Shown here in pieces: positions 62,944 to 64,000 of a DNA stretch of 64,000 nucleotides. The position numbers and the translations under genes are program-made. The notes under the pieces were generated by a model. That model worked only from the letters and a program-made list of their open reading frames with translations, was not told where the DNA came from and made no database searches. Where the stretch lies: positions 14,880,001 to 14,944,000 of the forward strand of contig CP075495.1 of the NCBI GenBank assembly GCA_021613535.1, given 5' to 3'. This DNA comes from Adineta vaga. Taxonomy: Eukaryota; Animalia; Rotifera. Every line of letters starts with the position of its first letter. Positions within the stretch are counted from its first letter, which is position 1.

Positions 62944-64000
62944 ATGCCATCAGTTGATTTCTCAAATATCAAAAATGAAACATTATCTCCTACTAATTCA
63001 AATAAAACTTTTGAAATAGAGAGACCTTTACAGACCATGACACCATTATCATTCAAAGTACTAACAACTACAGGTAAGATTTTCGCCGAAAATGATGATT
63101 TATAAAAGAGATTTATTTATTGATTTAGCACAATCACCATCACCACGAAATGGACTCAGTGGTGGTCAAATTGCTGGCATAGTTTCTGGTGTCATAGGTT
63201 TTTTTATTGTATTTGCTTTAATTTATTATTGTTATCGGCGACAAAAACGCCGTAAGTTAGAATAGTATATTTGCTCGATTAAAACTCATATAAAGTTTAA
63301 TGGAGTTCAGATAAACCATCTTCATCAAGTCCAGTTACTCCACCTGCTAAACCTTCGTAAGTATATAAATATAACTTCATTATGTTATTTCTTATATTCA
63401 TACTGGATTTGTCTTTAGTCAGCCAAATCCCATTGTATCACCTCCATCAGAACCGCCAATAGCTCATACGATACTTCAGTGTAGGCAACCACTCTGTGAA
63501 GAATATCTTAAAAGATTTAAAATTCCAGATGCTTTCTTTAATAAGAAATATGACAAATGTTTCTGTAGAAAATGCCATAGTCCATCAGATAAAAAAGGTA
63601 CATGTGGACATTGGTGCAATGAACTACATCGTTGGACTCGTTTTGGTTTAAGTATAAATGATGCACATGCAAAACAATGGAAAATTTTTCGTGATTGGAA
63701 GACGAGCTATTATGGAACAACATCGGATCGACTATTTGCAATTATACGTAATCGTTTCGTTCCATTGGATAATGATCAACTTGCTGATGGAAAGTTATTT
63801 ATTAGTGGACATGCCGATAAGACACATTGTAACACATCACCTTCCCTAATGTGTGCCAGTCAACCGAAGTTTAGCGCTCCCTCGAGATTTCGAGCACCCG
63901 ATGGGAATAATTACAACGTTCAAGTAGTATTACAATGTAAACAAAATCCAGATACAATTATTGGTGATAAAAGTGCAGCATCTTCCACCAGAGGCATCGT
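62944..64000 (+). CDS. Single-pass membrane protein with cytoplasmic degenerate NEURL4-type ART domain (runs off the window)
   Basis: Exons 62944-63073, 63129-63251, 63311-63356 and 63419 to beyond 64000 splice in frame (all gtaag...ag). The product has a Ser/Thr-rich N-terminus, TM GLSGGQIAGIVSGVIGFFIVFALIYYCY-RRQKR and a Pro-rich linker. It then reads KCFCRKC...RWTRFGL...WKTSYYGT...CNTSPSLMCAS...VVLQCKQNP. Confidence 0.78.

Noticed and set aside
63538-63849. ORF-track calls 63538-63741 (-) and 63658-63849 (+)
   Set aside because: They are in the wrong strand or frame; the coherent frame is the spliced ART-like exon beginning at 63419.

Overview
This is AT-rich eukaryotic DNA with many short (about 42-72 bp) GT-AG introns. 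It is most likely from a bdelloid rotifer; that is an inference from intron size, intron-bearing bacterial-type genes, expanded GPCR and F-box families, and TGTGGG/TGAGGG repeats. Conserved genes are STYXL1, BCL7, UROD, OSER1 and IPO5 (about 19 introns). At 10-25 kb there is a probable horizontally acquired carbohydrate-enzyme island: two intron-containing glgX/isoamylase paralogs, each beside a paralogous GPCR and patchily homogenised, flanking an intronless secreted beta-propeller glycosidase with an F5/8-type domain. At 33-61 kb lies a region of duplication and decay: a second OSER1 copy, a frameshifted ligand-gated channel, several MITE/foldback elements, a DINE-1/Helentron-like element inserted in a 4-TM gene, and repeated decaying amidohydrolase units. 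The most novel candidate is at the right edge. It is a head-to-head pair made of a soluble NEURL4-type ADP-ribosyltransferase with intact H-Y-E residues and a spliced single-pass membrane protein, missed by the ORF track, whose cytoplasmic domain is a degenerate paralog of the same enzyme domain. All family calls come from motif recognition by eye; no searches were run.
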